A stretch of DNA of 64,000 bases from Macrostomum lignano (GCA_002269645.1 NIVC01000857.1:1-64000); one strand, 5' to 3'. Counted from the first letter of the stretch, positions 14,011 through 27,516 are shown. Made by a program: numbers and translations. The notes: generated by a model not told the origin, from the sequence alone.

Positions 14011-14852
14011 CTGCTGACTAGTGAGACACCAAACAGTAGTTCTAATACCCCAAATAAAAAATTTCGACTAAAATTTGACTAAAAGTCATCTTGTGCAAGC
14101 TTCGAAGATGACTTTTAGTCAATAATTTTTATTGTACATGTTACAATAAGCGGAGCCACTACATTGTACATGATTGTACATGTTGTGGCTCCACTACAAA
14201 ATTAAAAGATAAAGCTGTGTGCAATCATGTGATGATCATAAAATATTTTCCTGATAATTGCATCAAATTGTCAATCAAGCATTATATTCTTGCTAGTGTA
14301 TTTTTTTATCGAAAACCAGCCTTATAATAGTGGCTCCCTTCCTGAAAATGCGATTGTCGTGTCCTTTTTTAGTACGTACGTCATCCTTGAATCAAAACTT
14401 GCGGCAAAAACTGAATCTGCAGCCTTCTACGGTAGTATAAAACTAACTTCAGGAAACGGTTCATCGCTGTGAAGAATGTGAATAAATGTCCCACAAAATG
14501 CTTCTGTTTTTATTTTTTCTATTTTTTCGAAAGTCAAAACTTTGACTGATGTGTCCAATGTCCAATTGACGAACTGCACACCGGAAAACTAATACTAGCC
14601 AAACAACGTTTAGATTTTTTTCTTGCAAAAGGTTTTGTAAAATTTCTGCTCGGATGCTTTAAGGATAAAGCATAATATTTATTAAAAATATGCTCATAAA
14701 ATATACTCGTGAGGTATGTGCATAATGTAAAACTAATGTACATAGACATTCCGAACGTTGTCTATCGATCCATTAATGTCAGTCAACGTTTTCGTGTAAA
14801 AGCAATTATCTAACCAGACAAAAGGCGCCAGGCTTCAGATTGAATCTTTAAT

Positions 14853-17800
14853 ATGACACTCTCTTTGACCTTGGATTGGATAATAGAAAAATTGGAGTTA
14901 AAAGAAGAGAATCTTGGTAAGATTTTCATTTTAATAGCTTGAAGCTTTGTATAAAAGAAACCTTGCCTTGGTAGCATAAATTCCTTTTAAATTCCCAAAA
15001 TGACCATGAATATTTATTGTAAGAGTAAAAAAAATTATCATCCTTTTCCTTTAGGTTTCATATAATAATAGCAGTTGCCGAGACATTTTATTGTCATTTA
15101 AGATTCTTCAGAATATGGAAAAAAATTGACCTTCACTTACTGAAATATTTCACGATTTAACAATTAGTTTGCGAAGTTACGCTCGTAATATAAAGTTTTT
15201 TTGTTAAAAGACATAAAAGGTGGAAACAAAAAAACTATAAAAAAATTCTGACTTTGAATTGTCAATTCTAAACTTGATTTCCATATTTAATTATGGCATA
15301 TGCTTTCGAACTTTATAATTTAATACTTTTCAGATAATATCAAATCACTTTCATTACCCGGCCGGTACGATGAGAAGATTTCTGTCCTGGGTTCATCACT
15401 TGTTATGTTTAGCCGTTTAAAAAATCTCGACCTTTCAAGAAATGCGCTGTGCTCGCTAAGTGTGAGTTTTGACAAAATTTTATTTTCATAAAAGTCTCTA
15501 ACTTGGGCATGTGAATGCCTGTTCCCCGCAGGTGTTCTGAGATTTTATTCTAATTGCATTCTTCTCGGTTTTCCCACCTAAAATGCGCTAGACCTAGCTT
15601 GCCCGTGCATCAGCAATCAATTTACGAGTATTACAAGCTTCTGAGATAAACCTCAGACTACCTGATTTCACAAACACGAGCGCCATTCCCCCAGTACTTA
15701 GCTTTGTGCTCTGTTTGCATTAGCTTGAAAAATGGCTTACGTAAAGAGAATTCTGTCAAAGAAGTTTGACTATGTAAAAGCAAATACCGCCGCTCCTGAC
15801 TTCGGAAGAAAAATTAAGCGCAGTTATAGGCTTGAACAAATTTGACTCATTAGCAAATTGACCTAAACCGATTTCGGGGTCATGACTGAGGCTGTGCTGC
15901 ATGCCATACCTGTTACCTCTGCCCAAGCCAGTACATGTGTATCAGGCAGTGCATACAGCGACCACCTGTGAAAGTGCAAGAAAATTTCACTGCCAAAATC
16001 CTCACCGGAGCAGGGCCTGGATAGCCTGGCCCAGCTGGAGTCGCTAAATCTCTACTATAACTGCATCGACTCAATGTCCGAACTGCTCAAGCTGAGGAAG
16101 AATGTCCGCCTGCAGCAGCTCGATCTGCGGCTCAACCCAGTGTCACGGAGCGAGCCAGACTACAGGCTGTACCTCATCCAGATGCTGCCCGACCTCAAGC
16201 GGCTCGGTAGGGCTCGCAGGTTTTCAGAGTTTCACTTGAGCGAGAATACCATGAAAGAAATATCAATCTAAGAAACTTAGTGAATCTCATCCTTTAGGAT
16301 AATCTCATTCTTAAAATCCTATCCTCAATACATTTTTATTTATCTCAGCTGGGAAAACCTTCACAATCTTGTCATCTTGATAATCCTACTTAACAATCTC
16401 ACCTTGATAATCCTAATCAAAAATCTCACCTTGATAATCCTGCTTAACGATCTCACCTTGATACTCCTACTCAACAATCTCACTTGGATAATCTCACTCA
16501 ACAATCTCACCTTGAAAATCTTACTCAAAAATCTCACTTTGATAATCCTACTCAACAATCTCACTTCGATAATCCTACTCAACAATCTCACCTTGATAAT
16601 CCTCTACTCAACAATCTCACTTCGATAATCCTACTCAACAATCTCACTTCGATAATCCTACTCAAAAATCTCACTTCGATAATCCTACTCAAAAATCTCT
16701 TCTTGATAATCCTACTCAACAATCTCACCTTGATAATCCTCTACTCAAAAATCTCACTTCGATAATCCTACTCAACAATCTCACTTTGATAATCCTACCC
16801 AAAAATCTCTTCTTGAAAATCCTACTCAACAATCTCACTTCGATAATCCTACTCAACAATCTCACTTCGATAATCCTACTCAACAATCTCACCTTGATAA
16901 TCCTCTACTCAAAAATCTCACTTCGATAATCCTACTTAACAATCTCACCTTGATAATCCTCTACTCAAAAATCTCACTTGGATAATCCTACTTAACAATC
17001 TCACCTTGATAATCCTACACAAAATCTCACCTTGATAATCCTACACAAAATCTCACTTCGATAATCCTACTCAACAATCTCAGTTCGATAATCCTACCAA
17101 AGAATCTCACTAATAGTCTATTCGTACCTTGATAATCTCTCCCGGATAGCGGCACCCTGATATTATCCCCAGCCAAAGCTTTCCTTGATAATCTCGCGAA
17201 TAAATAAGCCAGAGCTGGCCAAGTGAATGCAGGCGCGCCTGTTTCGCCATCGCCTTCGTCGTTCCAGACGATCGCAGCGTGGCCGAGACCGAGCGCAACT
17301 CGGCGTTGCTGCACTTCACAACTGAGCAGGCGGCCGGCCTGCGGGGACTTCGGCCTGGCAGAGATTCCCGGACTCCCAGGTGCGAGCGGGGCCAATACTG
17401 TGGGAAACTGGTGGGGTACCGACTTGTGGAAAACTGGGTTGTGAGATTAGTGGGGAACTGGGTTGTGAGCTTGGTGGGGAACCGGGTTGTGAGATTGGTG
17501 GGGAACCGAATTGTGAGCTTGGTGGGGAACCGGGTTGTAAGATTGGTGGGGAACCGGGTTGTGAGATTGGTGGGGAACCGGGTTGTGAGATTGGTGTGGA
17601 ACCGGGTTGTGAGATTGGTATGGAACCGGGTTGTGAGATTGGTGGGGAACTGGGTTGTGAGATTAGTGGGGAACTGGGTTGTGAGCTTGGTGGGGAACCG
17701 GGTTGTGAGCTTGGTGGGGAACCTGTAGGGAACCGGGTGGGGAACACTGGGGGCAAATGGATTGGCAAACCGGGTGCTTTCTCAACCTAGTGAAAAGTAA

Positions 17801-20800
17801 GCTAAGCTCCAAATTATGAGCTCCTGACACTTGGGAAAGCTCCCTGTCCTATTACTACTAGCTAGCAGCATGGTGCACAAATTCTATTTTATTTGCCCCT
17901 GTACTTGCAATCTCAACTGACTCTGCAGCGTCATCGAAGACGACTTGGAGGAAGCTGCCAGCGAGCCCGCACCCTCGCCGAGGCAGCCACAGTCGTCGCC
18001 GTCGCCGCCGCCGCCTCCGCCGCAGTCTCGATCGCAGCAGCCCGCCTGGCAGCCACTCGAGTCTCCAAATCGTCAAGGTCGAGACGAGGCCTACAGCGAA
18101 TGGCTGTCCGAGGTGCAGGCTCAGGCCCGCTGGACGGCCGCTGACGCGCCGACGCCGCAGCCTCAGCAGCGGCACCAGCAGTCAGCGTCGCAGCCTCAGC
18201 AGCGGCACCAGCAGTCAGCGTCGCAGACATCAGCGACGGCACCCCGACGGTTCCACTTGGAGACCTACGGCAGCCGTGAGTCTGCGAGGCTCTCTGGTTT
18301 TTACTGAATGTTTTCATCAGAGGCATTCATCCTCCGCCATCTGCAGCCTCCCTGTCCTCCGCCATCTGCAGCCTCCCTGTCCTCCGCCATCTGCAGCCTC
18401 CTCGTCCTCCGCCATCTGCAGCTTCCCTGTCCTCCGCCATCTGCAGCCTCCCCGTCCTCCGCCATCTGCAGCCTCCCCGTCCTCCGCCATCTGCAGCCTC
18501 CCTGTCCTCCGCCATCTGCAGCCTCCCTGTCCTCCGCCATCTGCAGCCTCCCTGTCCTCCGCCATCTGCAGCCTCCCTGTCCTCCGCCATCTGCAGCCTC
18601 CCCGTCCTCCGCCATCTGCAGCCTCCCTGTCCTCCGCCATCTGCAGCCTCCCTGTGCTCCGCCATCTGCAGCCTCCCTGTCCTCCGCCATCTGCAGCCTC
18701 CCTGTCCTCCACCATCTGCAGCCTCCTTGTCCTCCGCCATCTGCAGCCTCCCTGTCCTCCGCCATCTGCAGCCTCCCTGTCCTGCTCATCTGCAGCCTCC
18801 CTGTCCTGCCCATCTGCAGCCTCCCAGCCAGGAAAGTTGCATAGTTTCGGATCAAGCAGCCCTGCAAAAATCAGCAAGGCTGTCTTCCCCAGCCCCAAAT
18901 GCCGAAGCATCTCCCCAAATCAAATACAAAGCAGTTTTCGGTAAAATTTGTTCAGCCCGGCCGGAATTTCGCCCGCCTGCGCCTTCGTGCCAGGCAAGTT
19001 GCTCCGTGACAGGAAGGTGACTCAGCCGGAAGTGCGCTGGAAAGCGCTCACCGATAATCAGAGGGGGGTTGGGGCTAAACAAAAGCGCCAAAAGACCGCG
19101 AAGCTCAAGCACGAATGAGAAAATTCACTAAAAGGATTTTTCCTCCCGCTGCCTCCTTCCGCGCCGTCACCCCAGAGACTCAGGCGAGCCACAGCGCCAG
19201 CGACAGAGCGGCCAGTCAGCAACTGCAGCAGCAGCGGCGGCGCCCGGGCGACCCTCCAAGCAGCGAGTCGTCGCAGCCGAACTCAGACACCGAGGCCAAG
19301 GCCGCGGAGGCATCAGCGGCGGCCGAGGCAGCGGGCGAGCGGCGCTCCTCCTTCTCGACATCCTTCAACGCAGACGGCGGCGTCCCGCGGCTCGTCCTGA
19401 GCGACTCGGGCCGGTCAGCGGCCAACCAGCCCGGTGCGGACAGGCAGCGCGTGCTGAAGAAGCGTCTGCCCCGAGCCCGTTGGGAGAAGCCGCCCGCCCA
19501 GCAGCAGCAGCAGCAGCAGCAGCAGCTGCCTCCTCCGGTGCCCGCAGGCCGCGGGAGGAAGGAGGTCGCCGCAGACGCCGCCTCAGCGGAGATGGCGGCA
19601 CAGCAGTCTCAGCAGGCGCAGCCGCAGCTGCAGTGCGGCGAGTGCCCCGGCCTGGACCTCAGCAAGCCGTGCCCCTTTCTGAACGAGCTGGCCTCGCTGG
19701 CCGAGAAGCACTGGGCCGGGCCGGGCTCCCTGCTCCGCAGCCGCCGCTTCCAAGAGGCCGGTCGGTCGGTGCTGATGCAGCTGGCGCAGTTCATCCGCTC
19801 CGAATCGGCGTCTGAGACCGTGGCGCTGAGCTCGCGGCTGGCCCACCTAGAGCAGGAGAACACCCGCCTGCTGCGCGAGGTCGGACAGCTGGCCGGGGGA
19901 GGCGCGGCGGCCCGGTCCACGCTGCGATCGCACCAGTTCGACGAGTCCGGCTACCAGAGCGGGCTGGCCAGCCAGAGCCAGGTGGATGAGCTCACCAAGG
20001 AGATCGACCGGCTGAAGGTGAAGCTGCGGTCCCTGGAGCAGGTCGAGGTGAGTGCGAAATTCGGTACTGAGCTGCAGCCAACCTACTCTACTCCCAGTCA
20101 ACCTACTCTACTCCCAGTCAACCTACTCTACTCCCAGTCAGCCTACTCTATTCCCAGTCAACCTACTCTACTCCCAGTCAACCTACTCTACTCCCAGTCA
20201 ACCTACTCTACTCCCAGTCAACCTACTCTACTCCCAGTCAACCTACTCTACTCCCAGTCAGCCTACTCTATTCCCAGTCAACCTACTCTACTCCCAGTCA
20301 ACCTACTCTACTCCCAGTCAACCTACTCTACTCCCAGTCAACCTACTCTACTCCCAGTCAACCTACTCTACTCCCAGTCAACCTACTCTACTCCCAGTCA
20401 ACCTACTCTACTCCCAACTAACCTGCTCTACTCCCATTCAACCTACTCTACTCCCATCCAACCTACTCTACTCCCAGTCAATCTACTCTACTCCCAACTA
20501 ACCTACTCTACTCCCAGCTAACCTACTCTACTCCCAACTAACCTGCTCTACTCCCAACACCTCCCCTCATGCCCGTCCAGCTGATCAGTGGGATGCTGCA
20601 GGAGTCGCACAAGTCGCTGCTGCTCACCAACGAGCACCTGATGTCGGAGCTGCGCCTCATGCGCCGCCGCGACGACGCGGCCTCGACAGGCAATTCTGCC
20701 GGCGGCTCCGTCGCCGATCTTTCCAAATCGCTGCAAGGCGGCTACGGCAGGAAGGCGAGGGAGGCGTCCGAATACGAGGACTCGGCGACGCCACACTCCT

Positions 20801-20982
20801 CCACCTCCTCGCACCGGTTGAACGGAGGCAGCGGCATCGGTGGCGGAGGCAGCGGCGCCGGCGGCAGCGGTGTCCGGTCCTACGCCAATGGCCGCCAGAC
20901 GTCCGCAGGCGGCACCGGAGGCCTGGAGGGGATCGGAAAATCAGCGACTGGCGGCATCTCCGCCCTGAGCGACTGGCGCTGA
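14853..20982 (+). CDS. CEP72: CEP72/LRRC36-family centrosomal LRR protein, ~705 aa; exons 14853-14916, 15334-15461, 16014-16206, 17268-17379, 17929-18275, 19176-20047, 20581-20982
   Basis: Spliced product MTLSLTLDWIIEKLELKEENLDNIKSLSLPGRYDEKISVLG...LDLSRNAL..GLDSLAQLESLNLYYNCI...DLRLNPV...DYRLYLIQMLPDLKRLDDRSV..ERNSALLHF, with C-terminal LQESHKSLLLTNEHLMSEL. These match recalled CEP72 N- and C-terminal motifs. All GT-AG junctions are phase-compatible (2118 nt total). Confidence 0.85.
16335..17105. repeat. Intronic minisatellite (CEP72 intron 3), 27-bp unit ataatcctactcaacaatctcaccttg, ~27 copies
   Basis: Directly visible tandem units; 9-aa periodic spurious ORFs. Confidence 0.95.
17435..17745. 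repeat. Intronic minisatellite (CEP72 intron 4), 24-bp unit gggttgtgagattggtggggaacc, ~12 copies
   Basis: Visible units; 8-aa periodic ORFs (GGEPGCEI). Confidence 0.95.
18328..18830. repeat. Intronic minisatellite (CEP72 intron 5), 25-bp unit cctgtcctccgccatctgcagcctc, ~20 copies
   Basis: Visible units; ORFs repeat every 25 aa in all frames. Confidence 0.95.
20077..20558. repeat. Intronic minisatellite (CEP72 intron 6), 20-bp unit acctactctactcccagtca, ~24 copies
   Basis: Visible units filling almost the whole 533-bp intron. Confidence 0.95.
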
Positions 20983-22061
20983 CCGCCTGGAGAGGGCTCG
21001 CAGAGCCTAACTGATGAAGCCCTGTGGAGCTGGACTGCCTCATAAAATATGCTCAAATGACAGAACAGCCTGCATGTGCCCAAGCCAGCATGGGAATTGA
21101 GTTTTTACCTCCTTACCTGCAGGCTCGGATCGATTTATCCGTAAATAATTTCCCTTAAATCCTGTAGAACCCGTAGACAGCGGTAGATCTCGATCTAGTA
21201 AAGTAGATACAGTGTTACAGCTCCAGTAATCTCGTAAGTAATCTCCACTGTTGATATTGTTGATTTTTTTGTCATAATTTTTAATCGCCCGGTCATGTCA
21301 GCTGTTTTCCACACTTCTCTCGGATGACTCATGCGGCTGTGCATGCTCTCCGCAAATTTGCGCATTCAGATATTTAAACATTTTTGTAAGTCTCATAAAC
21401 CTCCATCCTGTTATGAACACGTTTTTCGCCTTTGCATGACGAACGCTCTTTTTATACGGATATTTTTGTTGAATTTTCCCCAGCCATTTTATCCCCTGCC
21501 GTCTGCTTTGTGCCTCGGTGCACGTAGAATTTCACTTGCGGCCGCAGAGGGTTTCGAGACAGCTTTTACTTTTATTAGATATTAAAGCGCAGCGCGGGAA
21601 TCGCTGTCTGCAATCTTTGCTACTTGCAGTACTAGCAGTGGAGTTTTTACGTTAACGTGCTGAATTAGTATAGTGGACTAGCCAACCAGCCCCCAAGGAG
21701 GCCAGAGCCAGTCTCTGCTACTCTTCCAATACTTTGATTATTCGCTCTCTCAAATTCATTCCGTTTAGATTTCAGCGCGTGCCGCCTGGGTGCTCAGCTC
21801 TTGGTGCTCGATGTGTCTCACAAATCAGAGTTGAGACAAACTTGTATTTTAAACTGGAATTTTTTCAACTTTAAGATTCAACAAGGCTTGAAAGAAATTG
21901 AAAATTTGCCTAACAATAAAGTACATTGGCCTCTGCTGTGTAGCTGCGCCGGTGCACTCAGCCTCCAGCTGCTTTTAACCATTTTTAGCTATGGACAAAA
22001 AATCATCACTCGTCAGCCTTTGTTTTTCTGTATATCATAAAGTCTATTTGGCGATACTACT

Positions 22062-22350
22062 GAGGACGGAGGGGTAGAGGACAGAGGGGTAGAGGACAGA
22101 GGGATGGAGGACAGAGGGATGGAGGACAGAGGGATAAAGGACGGAGGGGTAGAGGACGGAGGGGTAGAGGACAGAAAGATGGGTAAAGGACAGAGGGATG
22201 GAGGACAGAGGGATGGAGGACAGAGGGATAAAGGACGGAGGGGTAGAGGACGGAGGGGTAGAGGACAGAAAGATGGGTAAAGGACAGAGGGATGGAGGAC
22301 AGAGAGGTAGAGGACAGAGGGGTAGACAGAGACGTAGAGGATAGAGGGGC
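22062..22350. repeat. GA-rich minisatellite, ~15-bp unit agaggacagaggggt
   Basis: Visible degenerate tandem units. Confidence 0.9.
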
Positions 22351-23542
22351 AGGTGCTTGATAGAAGGTCTAGCTAGACTGGACTTCTAGCATACGGCAAT
22401 CGAAGTCTTAACGCGACACACCCATAGGCCAAAAAGTCACGGTGACTTGCTTCCAGATAATGCTCGCACCTGTTCTAACTGCCCTGTGGTGTCACTGGCT
22501 GACAAAGAAGTGCAAGTCTATAGACTGATAGATTTATAGCACACTTGGCACTCTTAACTGCTTAGCCCTTCATCTGAGCGGGCCTGTGTATTTAACCAAA
22601 CAGTTTCTCATACCACCTCAACACGGGGCCTTAGATTGGCTCACAGGAGAGACCGGGTAAGACACCGGCACATAGACATTACTCACACACAAACTGTGGG
22701 GTGGGGAGGCCGGGGATGAGACAGCTTAGTCATGCTGTCTGTGCTTGGGAAAGGGGGCATGGGTGCACTGGGTACGCAGCAGACAGGGGTATCAAGCCTA
22801 GACAGGCTCTAACGTGTCACTCCTCGCTCACAGTCACAACAGCACCCATTTTTCAGCTTGATGAACTGAAGCAATACAGAGTAAATTGACTTACTCAAGG
22901 ACACAAATTGTTCGATCGGGGTCGAGAATCGAACCCCCCGAACTTTCAGTCGTCACCCGGTGAAAAATTCGACCCAGAATCGACCCAGAATATTCTGTGT
23001 CGATTCGATGTCGAATGTGCACTCAGAAATTTTGGAAATTCGATCATCGAAATTTCGACGAATATTCGACTACTGCCATCACAGCTACTTTTAGTAGTGT
23101 TACAAGTATATTTAAAAGTCGTTCTAAAGAAAAAGAAAATTCATTCTTTCCAGAGAGGGAAATGCTTTTTTATGAGTTAATTTTTACTTAATTGTATTGT
23201 ATCCATCGCACAGCTGTGATACGTATATTTCTGTCTATTTAGATCATCAAACAGTTTAAAGTTACAAACAACTTGTTATGTTGCGAAATTTCAGTATTAA
23301 AAAATCAGAGCTTCTAAATTTTATAAAAATTGCATAATAACAAGACTAATAAGGTTTCGGACAGTGCTGAAAGTTTGCATGTTACGAAAGATATTTTTGA
23401 GCAGAAAAAAACAAATTTATGAAGCACTATACTCGAGATGAGAATGACAATAAATTCCTTATAGAGGCTCCTATTAAACTATGCTAATTTGACTACATTA
23501 TAATTATTTGCTAAAATTTAATAGTCAGCGATCGGGTTACTT

Positions 23543-24200
23543 TTAGCAAAGGCAGGCAGGACAGACAGAATTAAGCCACGCCTCGCAGCGCTCAGTCACT
23601 CTGCGCTGGCGGCAGGACCACCACTGGAGCTCTTTTGCTGGGGAGTGCGCAGGCCAGATCGTACGGGGGGCATCCGAGAGGAAGTTAAAAATGCGCTCCT
23701 CCACCTTCGTGGCGTGCAGAATTGTACTTGGCCTTTCGAGATTGCCTCTGAAATGAAATTGAAATTCATTTAGCAACACGAGGTCTCTATAGCCTACTAC
23801 CAATAGTAGCGTTTGTTAAGTCGTTAAACTAGATAAAGTTATGATCTCAAACCTAAGTAATCTATACTCATTGTCATTTCATATCAGCAACGCACCTTCA
23901 CTACGGCCTCGAAGCCAACTGAAGCTTATCTTGTCGTTGTTTCCAGTGCGGTTGAAGTCAAACTGGACATGGAGTCTTTCCCTTCCAGCATGCAGAGCTC
24001 TCGTATCTGTGGGAAGTAGAAGTATGTGTGTTTAACGATGATCTTTTTTAGAGCATTAAACTGATCAAGAAGTTTTTGCAAGAAAAAACTGCAGGGCATC
24101 AAGCGAAATCAATTCTCACCACTCATTGCTTCTGGAAATTACTGACGCCAGCATCCTGGCCTGCACGTTCAGCGCTCCTGTGGCAAGTGGAATGAATTTA
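23543..24200 (-). pseudogene. Spliced, degraded accessory ORF of the CMC-like element, resembling DUF4806-type transposon ORF2 C-termini
   Basis: Fragments ..QFDFNRTGNNDKISFSWL and ..ATKVEERIFNFLSDAP with intervening GT-AG sites; motif resemblance recalled, not searched. Confidence 0.35.
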
Positions 24201-25599
24201 TGAATGCACGCAATGAATTTGCTTGACTGTTGCTTAACTACAATGTACAATATACGTTAATTTCAGCACTTTATTATACTTTTTAAAGCGATTTTCTTAG
24301 CACGCACAATGGTCGAAACTCGAAAGTGGGCTAAACTATAACGTATCAGATAAAGTACTCGTAATATTATATTAATCTATATATAAGATATATTTGCCAC
24401 CTTAAAAATTTTACTAAAAGTGGTGCTGACCGACTAGAGCAGGATTTAGAAACTTACTGATGAGTTCTTGCTGAGCTCCTGACTCCTGCAGACTAACAGT
24501 GGCATCGTATACTGCTGACAAAAGGTTCGGTTTCAATGCAGTCTCTGTGCTGCTGTAGACTCAGCATTTCTGCTGTTTGAATACCTCGGGGAACAGTTCG
24601 TTCGTTGAGAAGATCCTGTAAAGACACAATCAGCATCACAATTGATGTCGCCATCCATCAGTCTGATAGTCAGCCGATATTTGCTGAAATTTCAAATATT
24701 TTCGATAAATTTTAGCATGTCTAAAACATAGTTTGCACAAAGACAAAGCCGATTACATGAAACACTTACTTCATATGGGGGATATGAGTTCCTTCACTAT
24801 CCTTCACTCTGTATAAGCATAAAGCTTAGCCGGCTTCAAGTCCTCCTTTGTATTCCCTACTTGTATGACCACCGCCTTATACGGTCTGGCCTCGCCATCG
24901 ACCACACGGTAGTTGACGCTTAAAACTATGGGGTTCATGTCTAAGCTAGCTAATTCTAAAGATTGCAAGCTTGCAAAACTCGCTAAAAGAAATTGGAAGC
25001 ACAACTCGGCAGCAATGTAGGTTCGTGATGTAAAAATATATTTCAAAGACACTTTTAGGTAAAATTATTTGGGATCGGGGAGCGCAATAGAATATATCTT
25101 AATATGCAGCGCACCGGTTGGCTGTGAGGAAGCCTTCCGTGCTTTGTGCTCTCACTCACAGAACTCCACTCGGGTTATCCCCTCCCCCTCCAGCAGCTGT
25201 TCCCCCTGTTCCTCTGTTCCCCTCCCCTCGAAATCGCCAGTTGCATGTCAGTCACTCATTTGATTGGATGAAGGGGAGCCCCTCGTGGAGAAAAAACGCT
25301 TGCGGGCGCCCATATTCAAAGCTTTTCGTCCAGGCTCTGACTTCGATATGATCTATGAGAGAGAGATATTCTTATCACAGTAAACAGTCCCTGTCTCAGT
25401 GTCTTGACCTCGTTATTCTCTGTATTTTGGCGCTCCACTTGGATGTCTGGGCTAAAAACTTCCGCCTCTGGATCTGCATTGAAAAAAAACTCCGCTAAAA
25501 TTGGCCAGCTCCATTGAAATATAGATAATAATCTTGGTCCCAGACCCCAGACCCTATCTGCTTTCAAACAGCGAGTTTGCAACAGTGAACTGTCCCAGC

Positions 25600-27343
25600 C
25601 AGGGACTTCTCTATATAGCATCTGGACTGGAAGCTCCCCACCCGCATTTACCTTAGAGGGGCAAAAGCCCTTCCCAAAATAGCTTAGATCCTAGTTACAT
25701 CGTATATTAGATAGCTGGCCATTATGCACTTATTGTTATATAAATCATGAGCCTAATAAAAATTCATTCAGAATGATTTAGATTTCTTTTTTTAAAAATT
25801 TCGATTATTAAAAATTTCGATTTTCGATTCGATTTCGATAAATTTCGATAACTTCGATGCTCTCAACTGAAGGTAGCTTTCGATGTCTAGACCATTCTTT
25901 GAACCAACTTTGGCTGAAGCAGACCGAAGGGTTCGATCAGATGGAAAACAGAGGACGTCCTGCTCCAGTATTGTCTTATAAGCCGAAGCGCTGGTGGAGT
26001 ACAGAACATAAGCGAAGATCATGAGCTGCTGTGAATATCTCCTTCTGCAGCTCGGCTGCCTGCTGAGTTTCAGCTGCTCCAAAATGAAGCCAACAGTGCG
26101 ATTCTCAACAAGATTCTCCGCTTCTTCCAGAAGATCTTGGGCCATGTCAAGCATACGGTTGGCCTTGCCTTCAGCTTTGGCACTGTCAGTGTCTACCTCC
26201 AAGTTCTTGACTCTGGACATTATGTTGACTAGTTGACTGAGAGTCGATACTTTCCCGTCCGAAAGTAAGTCTCTGAGTCGGGTTGGCTTTAGCAACACTC
26301 CATTGACTCCAATAGTGATGCTGTGGTCCTTAGCCATGTAGATGTAGCATGAGACATGAAAGGAAGGCTCCATGTTCAGCGCGTAGATGCAGCTGGTCAG
26401 CAAGCATGATGGTAAGAAATCCTGCCGGTTTTTCTTCCTCTCGATTCAGTTTTAGCTGCACTTCATCAAGGTAGTCGTCAACGATTGAGTCCGCATCTCG
26501 GAACTCATCAATTTGGCCTTGCAGTGCAGTATTTTCTCTCTCCAAGCGCTGAGTTGATGTTGCCGCAGTTGACCTCGGTTCCGCCTTGGCAGAAGAGAGA
26601 TAAGTCTATTCGGGAAGATAGACGGCACCGCCCCTGGCTTCAGACACCGCCTCGACAGTTGGTCCCGGCCCTTCTTGCGGTTCGCGTTGGTGTCCAGAGA
26701 GTTTTCCACGAAGTCTTGGGGTGGAAGTGCGCAGAGCAAATGGTTGAGCTCTTGGTAGGCTCGAAGTTCTGCCTTGGATTTGCTCGCTTCCATTGTTCAA
26801 GAAGGACTGCATTGTGCATAGGATAGCCATGAGAGCTCCTTGTCCGAGGAGGCTCAATTAGTGCAACCCTGTGCTGAGCACGACTTAACCATTTTGTTGG
26901 AACACAATTGTCAGTGCTTGAAGCAACTGCAGCAGTATTGTGAAATTGATGAGGCAGGCACTGAAGGCAAAATTTTCTTTTCCATTATTGTACAGTACAG
27001 CCAGCTCGTCAGTATATATAGAACGTGGGAGTGGGACTCCCACTCATCACCTCCACTCATGACTCAGTCCGAATAGCAGACTAGTTTTCAAGATAAACGT
27101 ACATGTTAAAGATTCATTGTTGGGGGATAAAATTTACCCCATGAGCTCTTCCCTGCATGCCCCTGAACTTTGCTTCTTTTCTGTGTACAGTGTCTTTGTC
27201 ATGTTTATGGCCAGCTTGACAGTTAAATTTTTCCTGTCTCCTTTCCTCCTTCTGGGTCTTTTCTTCTTTTGCCCCTGTGAGGTATAGAGACGGAAAAAAA
27301 ATTGCGAAGCTTCCAGTCCAGATGCTATATAGAGAAGTCCTTG
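25600..27343 (-). mobile_element. Internally deleted P-element-superfamily (THAP9-like) transposon, 1744 bp
   Basis: 36-bp TIRs cagggacttctctatatagcatctggactggaagct (25600-25635) and its inverse (27308-27343), 1 mismatch; perfect 8-bp TSD GTCCCAGC (25592-25599 and 27344-27351). Confidence 0.92.
25850..26892 (-). pseudogene. THAP-domain P-element transposase N-terminal half, with a stop and frameshifts; catalytic DDE region deleted
   Basis: MVKSCSAQGCTN*...LEQWKRANPRQNFEPTKSSTICSAHFH...CLKPGAVPSIFP (THAP C2CH plus AVPSIF box), then RRRYSQQLMIFAYVLYSTSASAYKTILEQDVLCFPSDRTLR (Tnp_P_element motif). Confidence 0.88.
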
Positions 27344-27516
27344 GTCCCAGCGAGCTCGAAAGAGTGGAAACAAAGACGGAGTTTAGCAATAAAATCTCCC
27401 CAGATTGGTTTATATTTCTACAGTTTATATGGAATCCTCAATGCTCATACTCAATTTCTCACCCTCTGACCAACATAAAAGGGCAAAGTTTGAAAGATTT
27501 ACTCAATTACTTATAC

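Noticed and set aside
13023-14017. Plus-strand ORFs of 167 and 173 aa
   Set aside because: Antisense to the decayed RT; no independent motifs.
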